From: an uncultured Bacteroidia bacterium
GTDB lineage: Bacteria > Bacteroidota > Bacteroidia > Bacteroidales > CAJPTX01
Length of the DNA stretch: 64,000 nt
Direction of reading: 5' to 3'
Assembly (NCBI GenBank): GCA_965240855.1
Contig: CBDEMG010000007.1
Span: forward strand, 19 to 64,018
The number at the start of each line of letters is the position of its first letter. Position 1 is the stretch's first letter. Made by a program: the position numbers and the translations under genes. The notes beneath the pieces were generated by a model. It did no database searches. It had not been told where the DNA came from and was given only the letters and a program-made list of their open reading frames with translations. Below, piece after piece: positions 19,287-27,673 of this stretch.

Positions 19287-19382
19287 CGGTATCAGTGTTG
19301 TGTTATAGAGAAAGGTGTTTTGCTCATTGCGGAATGAGTCAAAATACATAGTCCAATGGTAGAATCAATAAATTTATTAATC

Positions 19383-19577
19383 TGACAGGACATGCCCTGT
19401 CCCTGCCGATGCCCCTTATAGAGGGTGTGTCAAAATTGATATAATCGCATCTCAATCTATACAATAGGCGCAATGGGCGAAACGAGCTTTGCCCCGACAA
19501 TATCGACTATAATGGTAAATAGAACTGCATATTTGCTTTTATATATTTCTTATAATCTAGATTTTTCCACACCCTTT
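19383..19577. repeat. Intergenic repeat element, copy B (long form; MITE-like, with imperfect terminal inverted repeats)
   Basis: Palindrome GACAGGACATGCCCTGTCC at 19384-19402. A second imperfect hairpin GGGCGAAACGAGCTTTGCCCC at 19475-19495. The tail GGTAAATAGAACTGCATATTTGCTTTTATAT matches copy A. AGAGGGTGTGTCAAAAT (about 19419) and its imperfect inverse ATTTTTCCACACCCTTT (about 19561) match at 14 of 17 positions. Confidence 0.55.
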
Positions 19578-19598
19578 CTTATTGAGAAGTGGGAGCGA

Positions 19599-19753
19599 GA
19601 TAGGCAATAATACTTTCGCCTACGAATTGTACTAGAGGGACTACAACGGAATTCCCAAGTTGCTTGTATGCTTGCGTTTTACTTACAGTCGCGATATTGA
19701 ATGTGTCGGGGAATCCCATTAATCTTGCACATTCGCGAGGAGTTAAACGCCTT
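19599..19753 (-). repeat. 155-bp direct repeat, copy A: a duplicated 3' end of the C5-methyltransferase gene, located downstream of the endonuclease gene
   Basis: Matches 20911-21065 with 3 mismatches by eye. In the methyltransferase frame it encodes ...[50 protein letters not shown], followed by its own tail APTSQ and a stop codon. Confidence 0.9.
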
Positions 19754-20919
19754 TTAGTAGTCGTATGAAAGTTGAGAGTGATAATATTTTTGATTGATAA
19801 ATTTTTGCAAAGGCATTAATATGTGAACTGGGTACAACGAGAGTCACACCAGCTTTATTCATTTCTTCAAGCTGAGAACAAGAAATTCCTTTTTGAAGTG
19901 TAAAAAGATGTTTATAAGGAATTCTGTCAGCTTCATTTAAAATTTGGCGCCATCGATCTTTACAGGTTGTTTTAACGCCTAAAAAATGTAGTTTAGAGGT
20001 AGAAAAGCTTAGATCATGATATGCCTCTTCGCTAGGAAAGATAAAATCTGGTCGTTTTTTGTTTTCTGTTAAAGCCTGAGTAGAAAAATGCAACTTTGCA
20101 TAGCGAAAAATCCGTTCTAAATGCAGTTCAAGAGATCTTCCAGCACGCGATTTACGGCGGTTGAGAATAGAATTAGCAAATATTATCAAATCGTCACAGG
20201 TACGAAATGGTGTAGAAAAAATTGGAGAGTAAATTTTTTTCTTCTAGAGAACGAAAAAGTTCAAATTCAGTATTTACCCATGTTAAAATAACTTCGTCAG
20301 GATGCTTTTGAATATATTGTCTATTAATATAGTTACATTTAAGTTCAATTTTTTCTGCAATATAAGCTAGTGTTTTAGAATCGGGGAAATGGTTATAGTT
20401 CTTTATGAACTCGTTTATAGATTGCTGTATCGATATAATATTGTTTGTATTTGTTGATATCAATGATGATGATGTAGGAGATACGTTGAAAAAAGAGAAA
20501 AAATTTTCGATATCTTCGTCAGTACTCAATACAAAAGCGGCATAATTAGTTGTATCATTTTGTATAAAAACAAGAAGACTTCCCATATATTCATCTCTCA
20601 AAAAAGGGAAATTCCTACCAAAACGAGTAATTCGATATTCATTCCTAGTTTTAACACCATAAAATACGAATCTGCTTATCGTTTCAAAATCTGCTTGCCA
20701 TATAATTTTAACATTTCGCTCTTTATTTTCTCCGCGAGTCCCCAATGTATCGAATAAAACAGTTGCCGCTTCCTTTGGGACATAAAAACCCGCTTGATGT
20801 CCTCCAGTTGTTCCAATATCGTTTGCTGTAATAAATCGGAAAAAAGTTTTTTTTCCTTGTTGTACAGCATTTATAACATTAGCAAGGAGTCGACTTTCCA
20901 TTTTTGTGTAGATAGGCAA
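19743..20919 (-). pseudogene. EcoRII-like Type IIE restriction endonuclease, split by a frameshift into two ORFs (20194-20919 and 19743-20189)
   Basis: The upstream ORF carries the EcoRII N-terminal B3-like effector domain (FITANDIGTTGGHQAGFYVPK). The downstream ORF carries the EcoRII-C catalytic core (NRRKSRAGRSLELHLE, KKRPDFIFP, GVKTTCKDRWRQ). Together they are 241+148 aa, against about 400 aa for EcoRII. The two ORFs are in different frames, and the junction lies in a region with A7/T6 runs. The likely true start is the ATG at 20899-20901 (MESRLL). Confidence 0.75.
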
Positions 20920-21901
20920 TAATACTCTCGCCTACGAATTGTATTAGAGGGACTACAACGGAATTCCCAAGTTGCTTGTATGCTTGCGTTTTACTTACAG
21001 TCGCGATATTGAATGTGTCGGGAAATCCCATTAATCTTGCACATTCGCGAGGAGTTAAACGCCTTGGATTTTTTCCATTCTGAGGAATTAGAATTTCGGA
21101 TCCATCCTTGTAGTAGCGAGCACTTAATGTTCGAGAAACTCCCTCCAAATCAGCTAGTCCAAAGCCAAACCCATTCCCTTTAGCTTGGTGTTTAGCTTGG
21201 TAAGTTTGTAAATAGAGCCATAATTTATCAGAGAGTGAGAACTCTTCGGGCACATTTTGTTCCAAAATCGTTTTTAGAGATAAATTGCGCTTTTGGGAGA
21301 TAGGGAATTGGTAGGGCTCAGTATAAAAATTGAGGTCGTAGCCCAGCATGAAAATGCGTTCGCGATGCTGCGGTGTAAAATCTCTGGCATCGTATACTTG
21401 GTAGTAAAAACTGTAGTTTAATGAACGCAAAGCTTTTTCGATGGTTTGAAAAGTCTTTCCCTTGTCGTGCGATAAGAGATTTTTTACATTTTCCAAGAAG
21501 AATGCCTTGGGACGATGCTTTGCAATGATATCTACCACCTCGAAAAACAATGTCCCCTGAGTTTGATCCAAAAATCCAGTGGCACGTCCTAGACTCTTTT
21601 TTTTAGAAATGCCCGCAATAGAGAAGGGTTGACAGGGGAAACCTGCACACAACAAATCGAATTGCGATGGGATTTTTGATTTTGTGCCCTCTAAGCGGAT
21701 ATCGCCTAGAGGGGTTACGCCATAATTCGTTTGGTAAGTCTTTTGTGCAAATTTGTCCCATTCACAAGAGAATACACACTCGCCTCCCAGATTTTGCAGA
21801 GCCAGTCGGAAGCCTCCGATCCCTGCAAATAAGTCGATGAAAGTAAAGGTTGAGGATTTTTCGGTTTCTAATATTTTCATCTTCAGATAAGCAGGTATCA
21901 T
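20879..21901 (-). CDS. DNA (cytosine-5)-methyltransferase (Dcm-like)
   Basis: 340 aa with all canonical C5-MTase motifs: [75 protein letters not shown]. Its 3' end overlaps the endonuclease start. Confidence 0.92.
   Translation of the reverse strand: MIPAYLKMKILETEKSSTFTFIDLFAGIGGFRLALQNLGGECVFSCEWDKFAQKTYQTNYGVTPLGDIRLEGTKSKIPSQFDLLCAGFPCQPFSIAGISKKKSLGRATGFLDQTQGTLFFEVVDIIAKHRPKAFFLENVKNLLSHDKGKTFQTIEKALRSLNYSFYYQVYDARDFTPQHRERIFMLGYDLNFYTEPYQFPISQKRNLSLKTILEQNVPEEFSLSDKLWLYLQTYQAKHQAKGNGFGFGLADLEGVSRTLSARYYKDGSEILIPQNGKNPRRLTPRECARLMGFPDTFNIATVSKTQAYKQLGNSVVVPLIQFVGESIIAYLHKNGKSTPC
20911..21065 (-). repeat. 155-bp direct repeat, copy B (inside the 3' end of the intact methyltransferase gene)
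   Basis: See copy A at 19599-19753. The repeats bracket the endonuclease coding region almost exactly. Confidence 0.9.
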
Positions 21902-21988
21902 CGAAAGTCTACGTGCCGTAAAAAAAATTAACAGTAAGTCAGTAGCTCTGTATCAGAGTGCATTGTATCCTGTAGTAGGAGGGTGCAG

Positions 21989-24900
21989 CTAAGATTTTTT
22001 CTTACTCTTATTCAGGAGTTCTCGATACCGAACTTGCGCCTGTGCAGGTTCGCGAGTCGTACCACGTTGGTAGACGTAAGCTTTTTTATCGCCCTCACTC
22101 TTTTCTTTTCGTTTCCGTTTGGGAGTGTTCTTAATAACTTTCATAAACTCTTGGTTCGAAGAATTGGCATACATTGTAAAGCCAGAATAGGTAAAGGTAT
22201 AGTGCACTCCTGGGGAAGGCTCGATGTAGAGCACTAGCTTATCGCCTCCATTGCGTTTCATGAATTCGATATACCCATTGACGCGTTTGCCGATTTTTAT
22301 ACCCATAAGTGAGGCGATCCCTAATTGCCCCATTGAAACATAGGAGTAGTTTTCCTGATCCCAGCGCATCTGTACCTCTCCTAGCGAGATCGTAGCATTC
22401 ATTTGCGGGAGTTGATTTTTGAGCTTTGAGAAGAGTTCTATTTCGTTCTCCACCTGTTCGTACAATTTGCGGGGAATCCGCCCCCGTAATCCTAATTTGT
22501 AGTATTCCCCCGACTCGTCAATATCGTTTAAATCGGGGTTTGTAAGCAAAGCGCTCGCTAGGAATTGCATCGCCTCCTTGCTAAAAAGGAAGTTGAGATC
22601 CATAAAACCGCGGAAAGAGTGGATCGAATCGGTATCGTCGTAGTACATCCGTCCAGTGGTATAGGTCTTTACTCTATTGAGCTCGAAAGGCATACGGAGT
22701 ATGCCCTCTGTAAACGAACGACACTGACTAGGATCTAATTCAACGCGCCGCGAGATACTGTCTTTCATGAGGTAGTAGACAGAATCGGCGATTACAAAAC
22801 GTCCGCGTTTGCGATCGAAGGTCATAAAACCCTCGGGGCGTGAGAGATCGCGATCCAAAACACGAAAGCGAGGACTTACAAAACTATGGTAAAGGTGCGT
22901 AGAGTCGTATGAGACAACTACCCCCGAGGCCAGCCACTCGTTGTTTATGTCGCGCTGTGGGAATCCGACGGGGATCATCAAGCTATCAGGATTCAGGCGA
23001 CTCATAAAGTTCAGCAACGAAGCTTTCATCTCCCTACACTGGTACAAAGGCTTCACACCACCTTGAAACATCAAGTATTTTTCGTTAGCGTCCACTGTAA
23101 TTTTGCCTTCGTAATGAAAACGTGGACTAAGCTTGAAATTTTGGTCGACCGTTGCATAGCCGTAAGCTTGCGTCGCGTTCCCTTCGTGAGGGGGAGTGAT
23201 ATAAATGGAATCTAGTTTAATTTTTTGTGCTGAATCGCGTTCGTCGATATAGTCTATAAAACCTTTTCCAGCATACCGATAACGCCCACGAATAGTAAGC
23301 GAAGCATCGTATATTTTATGGTAGCGCTCGAAGACACTGGTCTCCATACGAGCCTCCTCGAGGGGGAGCATCCGTTTCTCTGCTTCTATAGAGAGCTTTC
23401 CGCGATGGGGATACGAGACCATATCTGCTACCAGAATATAGGGTACAGTATCTGCGTCCAAACGCGGGTTGCGTAAGTGGTAGGTAGAGTAGCGTGACAT
23501 GAAGTACAACGAATCTTCGTACTGCGCCACGGAATAAAAGATACTCCCCACGGGGATGGTATCTTGGTCGAGCATCCGACTAGGACGGAATACACCTTTG
23601 GCTACAGCATCCTGTTTTGTTTTGGTTTGGAAACGAAGCTGATCGAGATCCATGGGCCAAACTACTCGATCGGCGTGTGTATCGTAGCGTATGGCCAGCA
23701 GTTTTCCAAAGATTGAGGCATTGATACGCCAGAAGTCTCCTCTGCGAGTATTGTAGTTAATGCGCCCTGATAGGAAGCCCGATGTAAAGGCTTCTATAGC
23801 TTGACCCGGCACAAGGAACTTTACAGACATCGTGTCAGCTTGCCACTTGTACGAATCGAACTGAAAGAAACGTGAGGTCATATTCGCCTTTTTCATATCA
23901 ACCAGTCCATTTCCAGTGAGGCCAATAGGTTGTAGGATATAGTCACCTATGAAGTCGGCCTGCTTTTCGTACATGTCGTAAGGTGTGTCTCCTTTATAGG
24001 CATAAAAGATATCCTTACGAGGCAACCATCGTATAGGGTGTACACTCCCGTGAGTATCGGGGTAACTTACTCTGTCGTCTTGCCGTGTAATATCGAAGGC
24101 TGTGCTTATCGCTTTGGTTGAATCGGGAAAGAAATGGAATTCGGGCGAGGTGGTTATCGAGGTTAAATATTTTAGTTTACCGTCGCCCTTGAGCCCTGCA
24201 TTGCTAAGGTCAATATTATTGAAGAAACGTCCTTTCCCTGCATAGATTGCCATTCCTTCTGGGGGCGTGGGATGTACAAACCCGAGAGAGGCATCTGGGC
24301 GTAAACGGAGCGTATCGGCAAAGGGTGCAAAGATATCGTCTGTATACATAGTCCCACCAAAGACTAAGTCTTCGGGTTCGAAATTGTTCAGATTTTTGAA
24401 GACAAAAGGTGGGATCTCGAAATAGAAGTTTTTGCGATTGTAGACGCCACCATAAATATTTGGCGCATCGTAGTAGACAAAAGAGGGTTTAGTCGATTCA
24501 AAAATTGGATACTCGGGGTTGTGTGTTAAGCCTGATTTATTGTCTGGTTTATCGATATGTACGCGTCCGGTCATTTGCTGGAGATAGGATACAACTTTGT
24601 CGCGCGCCCTTTTCCCTTCTATTGTAAGCTTTTTGTTGTTTTGGAAACGCATGGCGGCCGAATCGACCTCCTTGAGATCGATAGAGAATGTTTCGTAGTT
24701 GAACGACATCCCCCGTCCCATGAAGGTAAACATCCCCACATCAACGAGTCCGTCGAATGTAATGGTACGGTTACGTCCTAGCTTAACGAATCTACCACGC
24801 GGCTCAATGTGTACATTGGCGGAGTCGCTCACCGAGATATGTGATACGCTGTAGACATCGAGCTCCGAGGTATTGAGATCTAGTACGGCATTGGCTTTAT

Positions 24901-26536
24901 CCTTTCCGACACTCGAGGAGAAGCGTATTACATCATAATCTCGTCGCGCTCCACGCGCTAAAATTTGGTCGTAGAGCTTTTGTAGTACTGTGATACGAGC
25001 TCGAGCCATGTCATACAGGATGAATCCTTCCACGGCTAGATACATCAATATGTGGCTGATTTGTTCGTAGGAATACCCGAGGTAGCGTGCGTAGTCGGCA
25101 ACTTGAAATACACGAGATCCGATCTTCTCAGTGAAGTTGGCTACGGAGAGGATCGGGTGGTCGTTGTCGCGATCCATACGTTGATCAAACTCTTCGATAT
25201 CAAAGTAGTTGTTCGATTCAAAGGAGGCGCGTGCAGATTTCGAGCCGAGTTGTGGACCAAAAATAATTTTATCCGAACCTACATTCCAAGTTAATTCTTC
25301 GAAGTGCATCGACATCTGATGGAAAGAGCTATAGAGCGGCGATTGTGTAACCAGCAAATTGGTAGGACTCAAGCGTAGCTGTTTGGCTTGGTCGCTATAT
25401 ACAAAGCGTAAACCGCGATGGTACAAACTATCCGCTCCGACGTGGATGGTCACTTGAGCGTACGTAGAACCAATAAATTCGCGACTGAAAGCCATGCGTT
25501 CTGCCTGTACAGATAGGAAGGGTTTGCCTTTACGCTTGAGACTAAAAAGAACGGGCTCGTCAGCTGTACCTACGCCAATCAATCGAGATCCGACCATCTC
25601 GCACCCCCCAACGAAACGTACTCCGTCCATTAAATTTTTTAGATGGAGTCGTTTTTCGTACGAAATAAATTCTGGATATTGCAACTCTTGTTTTTCCGTA
25701 GCATGTCCTATAGCATCTCGCAATGAGCCTTTTACGGGAGCTGTGAGGTAGTCTGCATTCCAGAATATTACCGAATCGGCTTTGTAGGAACTCTCGGTTG
25801 TTTGTATGGTATAGTTAGCGAGAGTGGCATTTACATTTTCTTTTGCAAAATTGGAGCGCGTCCAGTATACTTTACCCCCACGTCCGTCCCATTGAGATCG
25901 GAGAGGGTAGTACTCGCCCGAGGTTTCTTCTATTGCGATACTATCCGTTTCTTTCTTACAAATGAGAGTAACATTCTTGAAAATGTAGTGAATTTCGGGT
26001 TCGAAGCGTACGAGTATTTGTGCGGGCGCGACCTTCCAATGATAGTTGTAGGTTGTACGGAGAGTGCCTTCGTGTACAAAGCTCCAAAATTCTTCGAGGT
26101 AGCGTAATTGCTCAGAACTTCGAATCCGTGGGTTTGCTAAAATTTGTTGTAGCATATTGAGGAGGAGGGGATATTCGTTCGATTTTATAGAGTCGCGTAG
26201 GTAGTAGTCTAGTACATCGTACCAACGACGAAAATATTTTGGACTCTGCCCTGCAGCTCTTAGCATCACATTACTAAGATCAACAACCTCGGTGCGTTCG
26301 GCATCTGTAACACGTACGCCAGACCAAATCTCGGTAAATGTTCGGAGCTTATCGGCTCGTTCCCCTTTATTTTCGATATTCTCTGCAAAGAGCGAAAAGA
26401 GTTCGTTTGGGAAAAGTGACACATCTGTGCTGAAACGTTTTAGTTTCTTGGTCTCTGCGCCCTGTAAAAAATAAATGCCAGCACTCGCTAGTGCCAGCAA
26501 TAACAATAGGATGAAACGTTTACGCAAATCTCGCAT
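21989..26536 (-). CDS. Very large (about 1,515 aa) protein of unknown function with an N-terminal signal anchor
   Basis: ORF track gives 21989-26569. The ATG at 26534-26536 (MRDLRKRFILLLLLALASAGIYFLQ) gives a single N-terminal TM helix or signal anchor. The rest is a Tyr/Phe/Arg-rich, beta-rich sequence with a Lys-rich tail (KRKRKEKSEGDKK...NKSKKKS). I recognise no catalytic motif. Confidence 0.5.
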   Translation of the reverse strand: MRDLRKRFILLLLLALASAGIYFLQGAETKKLKRFSTDVSLFPNELFSLFAENIENKGERADKLRTFTEIWSGVRVTDAERTEVVDLSNVMLRAAGQSPKYFRRWYDVLDYYLRDSIKSNEYPLLLNMLQQILANPRIRSSEQLRYLEEFWSFVHEGTLRTTYNYHWKVAPAQILVRFEPEIHYIFKNVTLICKKETDSIAIEETSGEYYPLRSQWDGRGGKVYWTRSNFAKENVNATLANYTIQTTESSYKADSVIFWNADYLTAPVKGSLRDAIGHATEKQELQYPEFISYEKRLHLKNLMDGVRFVGGCEMVGSRLIGVGTADEPVLFSLKRKGKPFLSVQAERMAFSREFIGSTYAQVTIHVGADSLYHRGLRFVYSDQAKQLRLSPTNLLVTQSPLYSSFHQMSMHFEELTWNVGSDKIIFGPQLGSKSARASFESNNYFDIEEFDQRMDRDNDHPILSVANFTEKIGSRVFQVADYARYLGYSYEQISHILMYLAVEGFILYDMARARITVLQKLYDQILARGARRDYDVIRFSSSVGKDKANAVLDLNTSELDVYSVSHISVSDSANVHIEPRGRFVKLGRNRTITFDGLVDVGMFTFMGRGMSFNYETFSIDLKEVDSAAMRFQNNKKLTIEGKRARDKVVSYLQQMTGRVHIDKPDNKSGLTHNPEYPIFESTKPSFVYYDAPNIYGGVYNRKNFYFEIPPFVFKNLNNFEPEDLVFGGTMYTDDIFAPFADTLRLRPDASLGFVHPTPPEGMAIYAGKGRFFNNIDLSNAGLKGDGKLKYLTSITTSPEFHFFPDSTKAISTAFDITRQDDRVSYPDTHGSVHPIRWLPRKDIFYAYKGDTPYDMYEKQADFIGDYILQPIGLTGNGLVDMKKANMTSRFFQFDSYKWQADTMSVKFLVPGQAIEAFTSGFLSGRINYNTRRGDFWRINASIFGKLLAIRYDTHADRVVWPMDLDQLRFQTKTKQDAVAKGVFRPSRMLDQDTIPVGSIFYSVAQYEDSLYFMSRYSTYHLRNPRLDADTVPYILVADMVSYPHRGKLSIEAEKRMLPLEEARMETSVFERYHKIYDASLTIRGRYRYAGKGFIDYIDERDSAQKIKLDSIYITPPHEGNATQAYGYATVDQNFKLSPRFHYEGKITVDANEKYLMFQGGVKPLYQCREMKASLLNFMSRLNPDSLMIPVGFPQRDINNEWLASGVVVSYDSTHLYHSFVSPRFRVLDRDLSRPEGFMTFDRKRGRFVIADSVYYLMKDSISRRVELDPSQCRSFTEGILRMPFELNRVKTYTTGRMYYDDTDSIHSFRGFMDLNFLFSKEAMQFLASALLTNPDLNDIDESGEYYKLGLRGRIPRKLYEQVENEIELFSKLKNQLPQMNATISLGEVQMRWDQENYSYVSMGQLGIASLMGIKIGKRVNGYIEFMKRNGGDKLVLYIEPSPGVHYTFTYSGFTMYANSSNQEFMKVIKNTPKRKRKEKSEGDKKAYVYQRGTTREPAQAQVRYRELLNKSKKKS

Positions 26537-26675
26537 CTCTACTACATCTCTGACTACTACACCAATCAAAAATAGTAACGAAAATGCTAACCTAGCTGTT
26601 GCGCGGTAATTTTGTCGTTGTAGTTATGGTATGAAAAATTGTTATACCTTTGCGTTGTATTAGGTCTTTGTGACC

Positions 26676-26749
26676 GGGCCTTTAGCTCAGTTGGTTAGAG
26701 CATCTGACTCATAATCAGGGGGTCGTTGGTTCAAGCCCAACAAGGCCCA
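26676..26749 (+). tRNA. tRNA with anticodon CAU (elongator Met, or Ile2 read via lysidine; not resolvable by eye)
   Basis: Cloverleaf checked manually. Acceptor GGGCCTT/AAGGCCC, D-arm TAGCTCAGTTGGTTAGAGC, anticodon stem-loop TCTGA-CTCATAA-TCAGG, T-arm GTTGGTTCAAGCCCAAC. No encoded CCA. Confidence 0.9.
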
Positions 26750-26752
26750 CAA

Positions 26753-26793
26753 GAAGCGGGGTACAGATCAAGTCTGTATCTCGCTTCTTTTTT
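26753..26793 (+). terminator. Rho-independent terminator after the tRNA
   Basis: Imperfect 15-bp stem GAAGCGGGGTACAGA / TCTGTATCTCGCTTC followed by T6. Confidence 0.7.
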
Positions 26794-27201
26794 ATACACA
26801 AAAAATAAGTCTATGGAAAATTGCATGATTACCCTTTATCTATCATATAGGGCATAAGAATATAGCAAGAGATGGCCGTTATGGCATTGATTTGCAGTCT
26901 TTTGTATTATGATGTTTCGAACAATTAATTGTGTTAATAGTCTCATAATTTGTCATTTTCACATTTTTGTTTTCGCGTTCCTAACAAATAGTTGGTATAA
27001 TCTTTGTAAAAAAGATAAAACGAACCCGATGGTATGAAGTTGATAAATACTGTAAGAGAGTACTTTGACGTGTTCGTTATTGATTGTAATTAAGGGAAGT
27101 AAAAGGAGTTTAAAGAGTTGTAACTATCAGATATATTGCGAGATATGCGAGTTGGCACGCGTTTTGTATTTCTGAACACATTGAACCAATTGTTGAGCGA
27201 T

Positions 27202-27636
27202 ATGTCGGAAACTGTGTGGGATGTTTGTGGTCTTCGTCGTACTCCTTGCAGGGCTGCAGTTTTGCGTTGTCTCTCGGAGCAGGCAATAGCTTTGTCAGAG
27301 AAAGAGCTTACGGCACGCTTAGCAGGCGAATATGATCGGACTACCTTTTATCGAACCCTAAAAGTACTCGAACAAAAGGGGATTATTCGTAGGATCGTTG
27401 TAGATCCCTCTCTAGTAAAATTCGCCTTGAGCGCGGAGCTGACCAACCGTGTGCCTCATGGGCATTTTCATTGTAAAGAATGTGGTCAGGTTTGGTGTTT
27501 AGAGGATATCGCGCCTGTGCATTATTTACTGCCCCGAGGGGCTCGTGCTGAGGATGAGGAGTTTATTGTACACGGACGTTGTATTGGATGTATTGCTAAA
27601 GCGAAGCGAGCAGCACTCTCGGAGGAGCTCGCTTAA
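27202..27636 (+). CDS. Fur-family metalloregulator (Fur/Zur/PerR class)
   Basis: ORF track gives 27136-27636 from a TTG. I prefer the ATG at 27202 (MSETVWD...). Winged-helix region TTFYRTLKVLEQKGIIRRI. Metal-site residues HGHFHCKECG and a C-terminal CIGC (paired CxxC). Confidence 0.8.
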   Translation: MSETVWDVCGLRRTPCRAAVLRCLSEQAIALSEKELTARLAGEYDRTTFYRTLKVLEQKGIIRRIVVDPSLVKFALSAELTNRVPHGHFHCKECGQVWCLEDIAPVHYLLPRGARAEDEEFIVHGRCIGCIAKAKRAALSEELA

Positions 27637-27673
27637 AGAAGATAGTCAGTCTAACAAAAAAAAGTATTAAGGT

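Noticed and set aside
20155-20225. An apparent one-base mismatch between my hand count of the printed sequence and the ORF-track frames. It looks like an extra G near 20160 and one A fewer near 20216-20221, which would imply a second frameshift in the endonuclease.
   Set aside because: The two discrepancies cancel, and coordinates are back in register by 20221. This is most likely my miscounting of homopolymer characters rather than biology. I rely on the ORF track and report only the single frame change between the two ORFs.
26750-27135. The tRNA(CAU) 3' flank as an integration site for a genomic island.
   Set aside because: No integrase gene follows, and I saw no direct repeat of the tRNA 3' end downstream. 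The roughly 340-bp AT-rich stretch contains only tiny ORFs and weak hairpins, and it is most simply the promoter region of the Fur-family gene.
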